Shown here: positions 40,888 through 55,439 of the stretch, piece by piece
How positions within the stretch are numbered: position 1 is the stretch's first letter
How the letters are laid out: each line of letters starts with the position of its first letter
From: Mytilus trossulus
Taxonomy: Eukaryota
Reading direction: 5' to 3'
DNA length: 64,000 nt
Assembly: GCF_036588685.1 (NCBI RefSeq)
Contig: NC_086377.1
Span: forward strand, 62,062,001-62,126,000
The notes under the pieces: model-generated
What the model was told of the DNA's origin: nothing
Database searches by the model: none
What the model saw: the letters and a program-made list of their open reading frames with translations, nothing else
Made by a program: the position numbers and the translations under genes

Positions 40888-41127
40888 AAACATATTTATT
40901 TATAGTGGATTGGGAAACAAGTTTTGCAACTTATATTAATCCCTTTCCACTTTGCGGGTGCGAGTGCTGCCTTGTAGCGGCATTAGCCTACTCTTTTTCG
41001 AAATCTACAAGGGTGTCTTTAACGTGCAAGATATGTGGCTCTCTCTTAACACGGGCCAGCCATTTATCGTCCCCGTCCGACGGACTATCATCGTTTCCTC
41101 AAGACCATACTCGCAAATGGTGTCTAG
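40888..41127 (-). mobile_element. 5'-truncated non-LTR retroposon/SINE with a 20-bp target-site duplication
   Basis: tcaaatttcagtctt(a/g)gttt flanks both sides (40868-40887 and 41128-41147); T-rich tail at the left end. Confidence 0.7.
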
Positions 41128-44100
41128 TCAAATTTCAGTCTTGGTTTTGCATAATTATGATCTCTCAGATACAGTTAAAGATTGGGGTAGCTAGGTACTC
41201 AATAAACTAGTATTTTTTTTCTTGAATTTAGTCAGTGGTGTTGTATGTCGGTGGTGTATGTCAACACAATTTTGTTTTTTTTGGATCCCAATAACTGCAA
41301 TTAAGTTAAAGAACCAAAAATACTTTGGAACATGGTCATTGTATAAGGCTTGGTTTACAAACCTTCTAAAAACGCGCTCTTTCTTTATATATTATAATTT
41401 TAAGTGTATTGCCCTCTCCCAGGATTAATATACATTCTTTTATATAAATCTCCTTAACTGATCGACGACTAAGTATTAGAATTATAAATACTAGCACCTG
41501 AAATAAACTGATACGTTTACAATAAGCTACATTCAATTAAAAATGCAGTATTATTTTACGTTTACAATAAGCTACATTCAATTAAAAATGCAGTATTATT
41601 TTATCTAATTCTTTAATCTATTTACCTATCCTTCATTGAAACAGAGGGTCTTCAAATTTAAATCTTTACATTTTTATGTTCTTTTTATTTATATGTGACG
41701 GTTTATAATATTCTCTTTTTCTTGTTTTTGCCCATTTTTCTCTTTTCTTACTTTTTGCCAATTTTCTTATGTATTGCCTCATTTTCTTTTTTTAAGAAAA
41801 CTTATCCAAACCCTTGAAACGTACAGATTTAACTTAGATTTTAACTTATGTACATGTAGCTCTATGCAGGGGCCGTATGCATCGAGCAACATAAGTTAAA
41901 AGTTGTTCCAAATGGACAGATTTTTCTACATGTCTTCCGATAACTTAGTACTACGATCGGATGTCTTAACCTAAGTGGTTTTATGCATACATGTATTAGC
42001 TCAGATCAATAAGTAAAACATATTATATTTCTATTTCCATTGTGTGTTTAAACAATAAACCAGGAAGAGATCTTGCATGAATAGAACAGAATTTTAAAAT
42101 ATTAAACTATTGAATTATCATTCAGTTATTGTTATGTGTCTGGTCATGTGCAGTACATTTAAAATGTAAACAATAGCATTAAATAGGTATTTCCGAAGAT
42201 TATGTACTTTTCAACGAGAGGCATTCCAACATATATTTCATTCTGAATAAATGCAAAATGTATGACTGCAGGTGTTTTCCACGACAAAGTCATAACAAGT
42301 AATAAGCCAGAAAATTTGGAATATAAATTGTATAATAAGAATTGAATTATTCAGCTTCGTTATTTTGCAGTGGATCATTGTAAAGCCTCGATGGTGTGCA
42401 CAATTTTTGTACATGCAAAATGTGCTTCTTCGACGTTTTAGCGCCCAAAGAAGTTACAAAAACAGTTTCATTTCCGAAGTAATAATGTAAATGAAACACA
42501 CTTTAAAGATTTGTTTCTATATATAATAAAAATTACTGAATTTCTATACAACAGACAGAGATATAACTGATCGTAACAGGTATTCAAATCAAAGTAGTAT
42601 TCGATAATAAACTAATTATCAGTATGTAATAAAATCACTCATTTTTTTACATAATAAATTGCATAAAATGTCTACACTTAAACCAACTCTAATGGGTAGG
42701 TAAACAAACGATCCACAACCTGTATGCGATGACAATCATTTGAATCGTTGAAGATTAAATGAATATTAATCGCGCAGTTCTTTTGGCAATTGCATAAATT
42801 CAGATCATTTGAATAATTGGAGATGAAATGGGATCACCAATACACAGTTATTCTTTCTATTTAAACACAACATTTAAGATTTTATAATGCAGTGTATAAC
42901 CCATTCAATTCGATAAGCAATTGATCTTTAATTAATTAGAGATTATGCACTAAGGTTGTGTAATTTTAAGTAGACACACGCGCCTTTTATTGGTATTTGA
43001 TTTCGTTATATAATAATTTAAAACCCATTTTACCAGGAAGGGGTGTATTCCATACAATGTAACCAAATATATATTTAGATATATAAAATAACATTTCCTG
43101 TAGAATTTAAGAAAAGTTCACATAATAAGTATCGTCCCGTGGCAAACATTACCGATTTTTTAACTAGTGTGTTTCCAATTTTAGGAGAACCGACCATTAG
43201 CTCATTGAAAGAAAAAAAATGATGAAAAAAGAACGTTGTTCAGAATTTGGAAATATTGGACATATGATAACATAATCAGTACATCAATGAATTTAACATA
43301 AATATCGTCAATCCTGATGGGAATATCTCTCGTAACATAAGTTCCCTTTTCATAATTAAGTATCAAAAAGAAGATGTGGAATGATTGCCAATGAGACAAC
43401 TCTCCACAAGAGATCAAAATGACACAGAATTTAACAACTATAGGTTAACGTATGGCCTTCAACAATAAGCAAAGCCCACATCGCATAGTCAGCTATAAAA
43501 GGCCCCGAAATGACAGTGAAAACTATTCAAACGAGCAAACTAACGGCCTAATTAAGGGTTTAACCATGATTACTTTACATGCATTAGATATTGACAAACT
43601 TGGTAAAATAATTCTTTTTAGACATTTTAAGTGGAATGATACTTTATTTACTTTCGTCTAAGTTAAGAATATATATGTACGACTAAGGTATTTCTTGTTG
43701 TAATAGTAGCCTTTTTTTCTCAGGCAATAAATCAAAGTCTTAATATTTTTTCTCCACATTCACGTCGACTAATTGAATTCAAACTTTCGATATATGAAAG
43801 CTTTACTTTATTTTGTCATGAACCATAACGATTTTTAAAATATTTTCCACTTGTTCATAAGACTGTAAAATTGGAATAAATTTACTAGCGTCTTACATGA
43901 ATGTTTCTGTGGTGAATGGAACGACCTTTTCAACTATATCTGGACTGAAATCACACTCAAATATTCAAATTCACTATAAATTATTAAAATATTTATTTAC
44001 AATATGCAGGCATTTCAGACTTGCTTACTGTTCGGTGTGAGCCTAGGCTCTGTGGTGAAGACCGTACCGTTGATCTATAATGGTATTTTCTTTTACACAT

Positions 44101-45554
44101 TGTGGCTTGGATAGAGAGTTGTCTCATTGGCACTTATACCACATCTTCTTATATCTATTTCAATTTCGTTCCTATAGCATTTATTTGCTTTTTGCAATAA
44201 AGTATTAATTTAATCAATATGAATATCACGGCTGCTCTCAAACGAGACAAATCCTTAGACGATTCATTAAACGATATATTTAAAACAATCTAAGGAAATG
44301 CGCTGTACCGTAAAAGGGAGGACTAGCAGATCAAAGCAAAAATAACACTTAGACGGGGAAATAGACCAATGGACAATATAAAGTATACACTACACGCAGC
44401 GAATATTCAAAATACAAACTTTTAGTACAGTAGTTTACGTTTGTTCCTGTCTGTCATTTTTTTTTTCGTAAACTATTTTGTTAGCTTCCTTATTTGAAAT
44501 ATTTTACATTTGCCATTTCTGATCTTGTATAGTTTACGATGCAGTATTTAGTTTTATTCAATGGTGATGGTCGTACGGTTACATATAGTTGTTAACTTCT
44601 ATTTAGTTGGTCTCTAGAGTAAAGTTGTCTCATTGCCAATCATACCACGTCTTCTTATTTTTATATATGCTAATAAGCGCTATAATGTCAATGTTCTTAC
44701 TGATATTTAAAATATTTTAATTCTTATACATTAACATTAAACCCTACTTCTTTCTGTCAAAATAACAAATAAAACGAATAAATTCTCTAATCCATTTCAT
44801 GATGGTCATAAAAAGATTTGATATGAAAATTTTATGTAGTTTTATTCATGTTCACATATAATTGTACTTGTCACATTAAAATGAAAATAGGTTGTTAAAT
44901 GTTCAATGGTTGTCAGCGTCTGGGCTAAACATATGTTCGAACAAACTTTAGAATCAAGAACATATAGTATAGCTGACTGATCTATTGCCGTGGGCTTCAA
45001 TACTTCTAATATTTGGGGGAACTAATTCGTTTTTGTGATGATGATGGAAGTTTTTAACGACCTTGACTTGCTATGGTGGGTGGGTTTTTGTTTAAAGTTT
45101 GGAACATTTAAATATGTTTCGGAGTCTAGAGTGGTTCCATTTCTCTAAACTAGAAGTTCCAGCTGCAGCCGGTCTGGGTGCGAGATTTCTCGCTTAGTTG
45201 AAGACCACTTTGTGGCTTTTTGATAGTTTTCTCTTCTTTGGTAGTTTTTGTCACGTCTAGATTCTGTCAGTATAATGTACTTGTATTTTGGTAGTGCAAA
45301 ATATTATGCTTTCTAAGACTCTTTAAAGAAGACTTTTTTGTTGAATATTTACATTAGTTGTATGTTTCATTATAATTCGTTATTCTGATTGGCTACACTG
45401 CAATCTCGCGTTATTCCTTAGTCAATTTCATTACACAATAAAGAAATTATCATTCATGATGACATGAGGTGCCACAATGAAGTGCACAGATAAAAAAAAA
45501 ATTTAAAATGATAAGAAATCGTGTTTTCATGGTCCTAGCTAAAAATTGTAATTA

Positions 45555-45690
45555 TAAGTATTGAATGCTTCTTTTTGTAACTTCATATGGTTGTAAATGC
45601 CGGTTGATCGAGTGCATTCATGCAAAATGTACTTCGGTCAACGCTTTTACAACCTAATAAAGTTACAAAAAGAAGCATTCAATTCTTAAA
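45555..45690. repeat. Long imperfect inverted repeat in a probable non-autonomous element (~45350-45690)
   Basis: ttgaatgcttctttttgtaactt ... aagttacaaaaagaagcattcaa. Confidence 0.75.
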
Positions 45691-48600
45691 TAATCTTAAT
45701 GTGATTTTTTTCGTTCGTCATATTAGTTTTTCAAGCATTACTGTCAAGTCATAACCAGTTCAATAGTTTGATGGATGAAATCGGATCAGAAATTTCGTAT
45801 TGTATGTTCACATGACCGTCTTGATCTTTTTGTGGTTATAAACACTATTTAAGATATTTTTAATACTACAACCAATATTTGAAAATAAGACTGAAGAATC
45901 TGCAACAATCATTTCAGTGCATGTACGGTGTACAAAAATACATAGGATGTAATTCAAACTCGTTTGAAGTAACTTAATATAAAATAAAATGATTGATTCT
46001 ATCTCATCTGATTATGCATAATGCATGTGAATGAATTGCATATAGGTGCAAATACATGTCACCGGATTTGAAACTCTGCCAATTTATATATATTTAAACA
46101 TTTCAGTATTTATATTTAATGTCCTTAAATATATTTGAATAACAGAAAAAAGATATGGCCCTTTTGTGAATATGAATGGAGCTTTCGAATTTTAAACTGC
46201 TTTTAACTTAAAGATGAAATCAAATGAAATCTGCTCTTTTAAAGATAGAAAGTGTTGTATTTACTAGATATCACTTTGTATTCATCTGGTATTCGTCCTT
46301 GAATTTATGAAGAAGGAAAAATGCCAAAATAGCTACTAGTATCTCTTTTACGATCGACTTTTAAGTCTTATTAGTCGGTAATATTTAATTTGTATTGTAA
46401 ACTTAAAGGAAGACAGAATAGTTTTTGTTGGGATGAGGAAGTGTTTTTTTTTTGTGTTTTTTTTAGGGGGGGGGGTAAAAAAAATAACAATGAGGAATAA
46501 AAAAGCCTTTTATTGTTAAAGAAATAAATAGATTTATATGTTGGATTGTTTGCATTGATGAAGCCATAAAAAGATTGAGAGCGTCACTGAGAGTGGGGAA
46601 AATGGGGGGGGGGGGGGGGGGGAGGGGGGTCATTTAACGCTGAGCAAAATAATAGTGCCCCGAGATATCTGTGAAGTTTATTCAAGCTTAAAAAAAATCT
46701 AAATTATTTATATAAGACTTTTAAGACATATTACTCTTAAGCTTGCAAATGAGCTACTATCAACTAAAAAAACCCACAAACATGGAAGTTAACTACAACA
46801 GGTCATCAATTTTTGTATGCTAATATTATCGAATATTCTTATGAGCTGATCCCTGGGTTATTACTACCACTGATTATTGAGTGTTGGTTGCTCAACGTCC
46901 AGTGGCAGATATTTCATGCACGTTCATGACGTTATTACTATAAGTGAGAATAAACTGAAAACTAGTTTTAAAAAATAATTTACATTGAAAAGCGTGATTT
47001 TTTTTTAATTTCTTTTTGCTTTTCATTGTGCGTAACATGTAGGTATTGTATTAGTCTTGTACAACATTTGATTAATTAGGCTCTGTCAAAAAGGGCACAA
47101 AAATCTCTACACGTTCAAGAACATATGCAAAAACATTTGTGCATGTCCATATTCGGGGACCAGTTGCAAAGCATATCTTCATCCCGTTTTCATCATAGTC
47201 TTTTTCTAGTGACAGTCCTTCCGACATGGCAAAAAAAACTTTCTTGATTTATTATTAATAGGTATAGACAGATGTTGTTTTAGTGCCAATGAGAACACTC
47301 TCCATTCAAATCACAATTTATAGAAGTAAACCATTTTAGGTCAAGTAACGGTCTTCAATACGGAGCCTTGGCTCACACCGAACAGCAAGCTATAAACATG
47401 AGAAAAGGCCCAAAACATTACTAGTGTAAAACCATTTAAATGGGGAAACCAACGGTCTAATTTATATAAAAAAAGAAACACTTATGAATCACATCAACAA
47501 ACTACAACTACTGAATTTGTGTTTTTGTTTGTTTTCGTATTGACCATGCTTGAAATATTAGCCACTGGAAGATCAAACAATAATGCCGCAGTAAAATCTA
47601 CCATTTCAAATATTTTTGAGTGGCATAATTTAGATAAAAAGTGAAGTTTTACTTCCTTTCGAGGAAAGTTTGATTAAGCGTTCTCCTGTTCCCTTCAAAC
47701 AAAGGCTGGATAGAAAATAAACAAAGATAAAATGAAATATTAGTTTTGAATCACGTATCACATTTTAAGCAAATATTAAATATTTGCGTCAATCATACAT
47801 TGCGATATGCAAAAGGGTGACGCCCCCTTCATGAAGAAAAACAAACACCTATTTGTTAACTGGAATATTATTGAACCATTTAACTTTTAATTACGATATA
47901 AATATTTTATCTATCTGATAACAATTTTGAGCAGCTTAAAGGTTTTTCCGTTCTAAATGATACTTAAAGTTTGTTTAATTGTCTAGTATGCTCTGTGGAA
48001 TTATTAAGAAATTAAGTAAATATTTTTCTAGCATGATTGGCTAGAAAATAAATACTTCATAAAGTTCGTTCGTCCGACACAAAGCTTATTTGAAAATTCG
48101 CCAAATTAATGGGTGCATTTGTTTAAAGATTCAGAAATGAACTGTTTGTGTTTGTCAGGAAGTAATATAGATATCATTTGCTAAAAATGATTATAAAGAA
48201 TTGTTTTATAAATATTTTAAACGTTTAAATATTGTATAATAGAATATGGAAATTAGGGAAATGTCAGAGACAACTACCTGAACAAAGAGCAGAAAACAAC
48301 TTAAGGTCACCGGTCTTTAGCACAGGGAGGAAATCCTGCACCAAAAGGCTGACTTCAAATGACCCCTTAACAATAACTTATATTGTAAATTAGGAGATCA
48401 TGTGGTATGAGTGCAAATAAGACAACTCTTTCATCCAAGTCACATTTTTTTTAAAAAGGAAACAATTTTAGTTCAGCGAAAAAGACACTAGACTTAACTT
48501 CGAAATATACCAATGAACCAAAATTTGAAGAAGAAAAAACAGCCTAACAAAGACTAGAAGTTCCTGATTTGGGACAGGCACAACATGTAGGTTCGATCAC

Positions 48601-48937
48601 GTTATGTTAGATCTCGGTTTGTGAATATAAAAATGAAGATTTGGTATGATTCCCAATGAGACTACTCTCCACAAGAGACCAAATGACACAGAAATTAACA
48701 ACTATAGGTCACCGTACAGCCTTCAATAATAAGCAATATCTATACCGCATAGTCAGCTTTAAAAGTTTGCTTTCTTTTACGTTAAACATGTATATTGTGC
48801 ACATGTATATAATGTTAGTCCGGATATTTGTTTACCTTCAAAAACAAACACAATGCATTCCCCTTTTATAAATTTAAATGATAATTTGACAGAGGAATGT
48901 CAACAAGACAAGACAAGCTTGACAGTTACTTTTACTT

Positions 48938-48995
48938 TAAATCACACGAGAACAAGATAAATCACACGAGAACAAGATAAATCACACGAGAACAA
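48938..48995. repeat. 20-bp tandem repeat, ~3 copies
   Basis: The unit atcacacgagaacaagataa is repeated. Confidence 0.9.
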
Positions 48996-51900
48996 CAGAC
49001 AGTAATCGAATACCCTCAAATTATAGATCGGAATAAAAACGTTTTGGTTAAGTAACCGTGTTAAAATGTAAATTATTTTCACCCAGTATTTCAAAAGGTT
49101 AACCGTATGGCAAAATTGAATTGCGATAAGTTCGAAATAGTAGTAATTTACGAGTTTTTGTAAATAGGTATGAATTCATTTTAAAAACATTTTTGTACGA
49201 ATCTCGTTTTGTTTACACATTTTTTTATGTATAAAGAAATTTGTGGACGTTGATGAAGCAAAGAATTTATTGGTTAAACTAAGATTGATATGGCGTAAAA
49301 TTATGTGATATCTTTTAGATGACATAGGTTAACCCATCAAAAAGTAAATTTCCAATCAACTATAATTCACAGACATTTGCAAAGCCTCGGATCTGACAAG
49401 TCTGGACAAAAAAAATATTGGTTATTTGTACAAAATACGATTTCCAAGGATCCAGAATAATAAAGAAAAGACAACCTTATGTAGTTTTATATATACATAT
49501 AATCTATTACTACCCTGTCATTTTAATTGCAACAAAAGGGGACGATAGTTGCACTACCTGCCCCCGACACCAATATAAATTTATACCACCAGTGCACTGG
49601 TGCGATTCTGTCTTGTTGACGCATTAGCTTTAACAAATAGTACTTCCTTACAAATAATATATATCGAAGTTTACATACTCAGCTCTGTACATACTGTCAT
49701 CGTTTACCTGGACAAAAATATAGCAATTTACTTTAATTAGCAATAAATCTAACTTTGTCGTCCTGTGATCAGATAAGAGTTATCTTTCCTTGTATCAAAC
49801 ATTTATGTCCAATTAAACTAACGTATCTATTGATCTCGTTTAACCTCAGGTGAATATAATGGTTTTCTTAAAGCTCCGTGTATTTATACTTTTTTAAAGG
49901 AATTGTCCATTCAAAAGAGATAACTATTCTTTAGCGTGAATCTTGTTATTTACATTTAAGTTTTAAAAGGACTAATGACAAAAAATATATAAACAAACAT
50001 ACACACGTACAAATTCTAAGTACCTCTGAAGATCAAACAGTCAACAATTAATTATACAAAATATGCTGCGTAAGATTAAATTCGACATTATGTAAATACA
50101 TGTGAAAACATCTGTAATAACCTAATTTTTGTTGAAATTTGTAACTGTTCTGAGAATTAGGTTGTTAAAACTACTAGATACAAAACAGAGCGATGTCCAT
50201 CTTTTGGGCAAATCAATCAAATTGCATTTTGCCAATTTCTATCCCTTCTGATATTAAAAGCGTAAAGCTATGGAATTTTAGATATATTAAATCTGTATTT
50301 TACCAGAAGACATATATACAACATGTCTCGTCCTGATCTTGCGTCAATTTTTTTCAACTGGACGTTAAACAACCACCAATCGATCAATCAATCATAAAAC
50401 ATCATGGTTATCGAGGATTGGCTGACTGAGTGTTCATCAGTATCGGTACATACTCATTTGGTAAAATATATAAAAGTACAATTGGGGTTCAGTGCAATCC
50501 AGTTGAATGTTTAATACACCTTTACAAAACGTGCACGAGATTGAAAGTATTGGTACAGAGCAAAACACAAAACAACAGCTTTAAAATTGCTTCATTTAGA
50601 CATAATAACATGCTATTTTTACTTCAAATTCTATTTTATAGATTATCATTATGGTTTTCTAAAATATTTGGCGAGATGTTATGATTGTGGTAATTTCTCA
50701 TCTGATATTAAAGTAAATATTTAGTAGCAATATTTCATACGATGTCATCTTGTCAAGATAGAATGATCGTCCGTAATTACAAATCTGCCCTGAGGTCAAA
50801 TTGGGTTTCAGACAAATTACTGCTATAACAGATTTCTCGATAGATTGAACGTCTATCAAGTGATTTAGAGTTGCAGTGGCTCTCGGTGATCAAGTTAGAA
50901 TAGCTTCGTTGGCTGTATTGCGATTTGCCATCAACGGAACCATGGAATTCCAGAGTGCTGCAATGCATACATCTTCCTTATAGAAAGAAGTCCAACGGCT
51001 TAAAATATTTCTTATATTTTTTTTAAGATTCAAATATTGCTACTTTATTTTGTCGACTTACGATTTTTAGGGATACACAGCCATGTATTTTATTGATTGC
51101 GCGAGACACATGTAATATCTTTAATTTTCATTGTAAAATATTCAATTTTTTGTTAGGAGCGTTTCTTCATGAAAAAATTTCGTATACTACGTAACTGGAA
51201 TTTATTTAGATGGAAGATTTATTGTTGAATTTCAAACTTTGTCCGGGTTTTTTTACCAGAGCATAGCATAAAAAGTAAAATCACAAAATACTGAACTTAG
51301 AGGAAAATCAATTCGGAAAGTCCATAATCACATGGCAAAATCAAATAAAAAAACGCATCAAAAACGGATGGACAAGAACATATCATAGCATATCATGGTA
51401 GTAACATTTGTAAGTTTTACACGAGGGTATGGATGGCAGAGTCTCCATAACTGTATTCGTTTTTTATGAGGGTCGCTATTATTCTCTATTCTTAATATTT
51501 GTTACCATTTCGATCTACATCTTTTGCGCATTATTTTCGATTCTGTAAAACCCCATGCAACCCTCTCACAGGTGTATGTCTAAAGTATGTTTTAAAATGT
51601 TCCATACAACTGAAGCTCGCAGAACGTGTTTTTGAAAGATTGGAATTATTCTAAACATTTCATAAAATATATCTATTAGTGAAATTTTATATAAAATGCT
51701 ATATTAATAAAGGAAAAACAATTGAAATACTTATTTTTCGTGTATCCGACTGTTGATTCCGGAATTAAAAAAAATGATAGATAACATAATCTGTAATGGG
51801 ACATTCTGTTACTCGGTCAAGTTAGAGCAACCGTAAGAGCAACTAAAAGAAGTAAATCAAACATATAATAGGTTCAATTTAGCAGAAGGGATACTGTTTT

Positions 51901-52367
51901 CATATGTTGTTGTGGCTTTTAAAAAAAACATAAAACAGTACTGTTCCGATTGTAAGCCAAATTGTACTTCTTAATGTTGGTCTTAGTTGACCGAGTATCA
52001 AGATGTCCTGTCACAGAGAATTAACCTGTCGAAAAAATATAAACTTCAGGGTCAAAAGTCGGTAATATAAAATATTCTTTTACAAGATAAAGAATCTCAA
52101 AAGTGTTTGAAAATTCAATTATTCCGGAACTCGTAAGATTACTAGCGACAATGGTTAGTGTTTTATAGACATAAAATGGAGTACAAAACGTATTAATCCT
52201 GGTATCTATTATGATCTATGATTAGTTAAATAACACAAGTTCCTATAAGATAGTTTGAAGTATAGAACAGCACGACACATTTGCATTCATCCTTCATTTA
52301 TGAATAAACATTCCTAGGTAATTCACAATTTTTTATAACCACTAAACTTCTTTCTATATAATTGTAG

Positions 52368-55300
52368 CTGCCTGTGGTTATGGTGTATGGGGCGAAATTT
52401 GTCAGTACAACTGTTCTACCACGTGTTATTATGGAAACGAATGCTCAATTAATGGTGGCAAATGTGGATGTGAACAATTGCATGGAAACTGTTACGACTG
52501 CGCAAAGAATTATTTTGGTGACGTCTGTAATAAGGCATGTAACCAGAACTGTTCACTCAGTGACCAATGTGTCCTGTCTGGATTAGCATGTGGATGTGAT
52601 AGACAGCTAGGAAATTGTACTAGTTGTCCTAAAACACTATGGGGCAATTATTGTGACAGGTCTTGCTCGATAAGATGCATCAACATGGAATGTCATAGAA
52701 CTTCAGGCCAATGTACGTCTGGTTGTAAAAAGGGTTATTATGGAGGTGATTGTAGTTCCCAGTGTTCAACTACTTGCCTATATGGTTGTGATCAGCAAAC
52801 AGCTGTATGTTTTCCATCTTACTGCGTGAACTGTAATGGTGGACTACCAAAATGCGATCAAAGCAATCGGAAATGTTTGAATGGGTGCATAGATGGATTT
52901 TTTGGTCCCAGTTGTGACAAAACTTGTTCTGTAGTGACAAATAATACTTTATGTACGAAATGTCAACCATTGATATCAGTTGGTATAACTGTCTGTACGG
53001 AATGTCAACCGGAATATTATTATGATGGCGTTATTGGCGAATGCAAAACTTGTAGTACAGGTTGTAAAACAAATAACACCAACATAGCAAAGTGCTTTCC
53101 TAACACTGGAAACTGTCGGTTTGGTTGTTCTACGGGATGGAGTGGACTGCGCTGCGATACGTTTACCTGCTCATTGGCAAATTGCGAATCTTGTGTTGCG
53201 AATCAACCGACGGTTTGTGAGCGCTGCCAAGCCGGCTGGTATCTAAACTCCGGTCAGTGCGTTAGATGTAGCGATAATTGTGCGACCTTAAATTCTTGCG
53301 ATACAACATCAGGAAAATGCACGGGTGGATGTAAAACGGGTTGGTATGGTAACACATGTAAAGATAATTGTACCACAAACTGTAACCAAGGTGAGTGTGA
53401 TAGCAATGGCATATGTAGTAGCGGCTGTAATGACAAACGTTACGGTCAGAAATGTGACTTGCAATGTCCTAATTGCTTAACTACATGTAATCGTAATACT
53501 GGCTTATGTGATGCCGGTTGTGTGAACGGATACCATGGTAACGATTGCTTACAACCCTGTAACTCCAAATGCTTAAATAATAAATGTAGTCAAGTAGATA
53601 GCAAGTGTTCCTCAGGGTGCAAACAGGGGTTCTATGGGGAATTTTGTCAACTCCCTTGTGGGTCAAACTGTGACGGTAATAGTTGTAACCCAACAACCGG
53701 AGCATGTTCGGGAAATTGCCTCTCTGGCAAATATGGTGATTACTGTGATTTAGATTGTTCAGCAAACTGTTCACCCAGAACTTGCATAAAAGTGGGTGGT
53801 GCATGTACGTCAGATTGTGTTGCCGGATATCATGGTAGTCATTGCAGTAGGACATGTCCGTCGTCATGTTCAACAAATCAATGTAATAAAGATGATGGAA
53901 CGTGCAGTGGCAATTGTCCAAACATGAAATTCGGAACGAGATGTGAGCTATCGTGCAGCAGTAACTGTAAAGGTACATCATGTGATCAATTATCCGGTAG
54001 ATGTGTGGGAGGATGCAAAACTGGTTACTATGGTGATTCTTGTGAGAAAATTTGTACCGGATGTGATAATTCAGGATGTGATCAAACGACTGCTGTTTGT
54101 ATAGGTAAGTGTATAGATGGTTTCTATGGAAACAATTGTAATACGACTTGTAGCATGGGTTGCGTTAGTAGTTCTTGTGATAAGCAAACGGGGAAATGCA
54201 GTAGTTGTAAAGAGGGTTATTATGGGGATACTTGTTCAAACATTTGCAGTATTAACTGCAAGTTATCTCGATGTAATCAGACAACGGGAGTATGCTCGGA
54301 AGGATGCGCACCTGGAAAATTTGGACAGCTTTGTGATAATTCCTGCTCTTCCTGTACCTTATGCAATCAAACAACCGGAACTTGTGAAGGTTGTGCTCCT
54401 GGAAAATATGGACTGAATTGCCAAAGCAATTGTAATACAAATTGTGGTCTGTCTCCCTCTGGACACATAATTTGTGACGGTATTGATGGATATTGCCTAA
54501 ATAGCTGTAAAGATGGATGGTATGGAACATACTGTGACATACCTTGTAACAATGAAATTCATTGCATAAGTTCTACCTGCGATCGTCTCAATGGACGATG
54601 TTCAGGTAACTGTGTTACGGGATGGTACGGTGCTACGTGTAATTTACGATGTAGTGAAAATTGTTTTGGCAATTTGTGTGATAGGGATAGTGGTGAATGC
54701 ACATATAACTGCACGTCTGGTTTTTATGGCACTCAATGCAAAACACCTTGCGTAAACACTTGCACAGATTGTGAAAGATTATTTGGAACTTGTTCTACAT
54801 GTCAACCTGGGTATTATGGGCAAAATTGTCAAAGTCCGTGTAGTAGCCATTGCTCGAAGTCCTCAACAGTTGGAAATGTAGTTTGTAATAAATTAACTGG
54901 AATCTGTAATGGCGGTTGTGCAAATGGATGGTATGGTCAATCATGCACAAATGAGTGTTCACAGACCTGTTTCAACAGTGAATGCGACATAGATTCCGGT
55001 AAATGTTCACAGCAATGTGTTGTTGATAAATACGGCGAATATTGTGAAAATAGTTGTACCAATTGTGCTGGAACTTCGGGAGGAAATTGCAACCCTGGAA
55101 ATGGAAATTGTTTGTTTGGATGTGACAATGGATACTTTGGAAATTCCTGTACTCAAAGCTGCTATCCCGGATGTAAAAATAAAAAGTGCGTTTATTCCTC
55201 AAACAATTGTTCATATGGATGTGAAAATGGCCTATATGGATTCTCATGCACTGAATCATGTAATACAAATTGTCAAAACAATATGTGTGATCAGAAAACA

Positions 55301-55439
55301 GGGTTCTGCACATCTGGGTGCAGGCCTGGTTGGTTTGGAGAGAAATGTAAGTACGCCTGTCCAGTTTCATGCTCTGGTAGTGTTTGTGATCAGGTGACCG
55401 GAAGTTGTGTTGACGTTTGTGCCGGAAGTGATTGTCAAG
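52368..55439 (+). CDS. Receptor C ectodomain exon (3072 nt, 1024 codons, phase 1-1; alternative short form 52368-54104), roughly 25 EGF-like repeats
   Basis: Uninterrupted Cys-rich frame; acceptor aattgtag; distal donor CAAG|gtttga where the Cys pattern ends; internal AG|GTAAGT at 54104/54105. Confidence 0.9.

Noticed and set aside
46604-46629. Poly-G tract as a regulatory G-quadruplex
   Set aside because: A simple homopolymer like others in the window, with no supporting context.
50642-51000. Possible extra exon in intron 1 of C (YHYGFLKYLARCYDCGNF)
   Set aside because: No phase-compatible donor and multiple stops follow.
53388-53396. Another consensus phase-1 donor AAG|GTGAGT in C (and at 19957 in A)
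   Set aside because: It would cut mid-repeat leaving two unpaired Cys and matches no exon end in B. It does show that such motifs can arise by chance from Gly-x-Cys codons.
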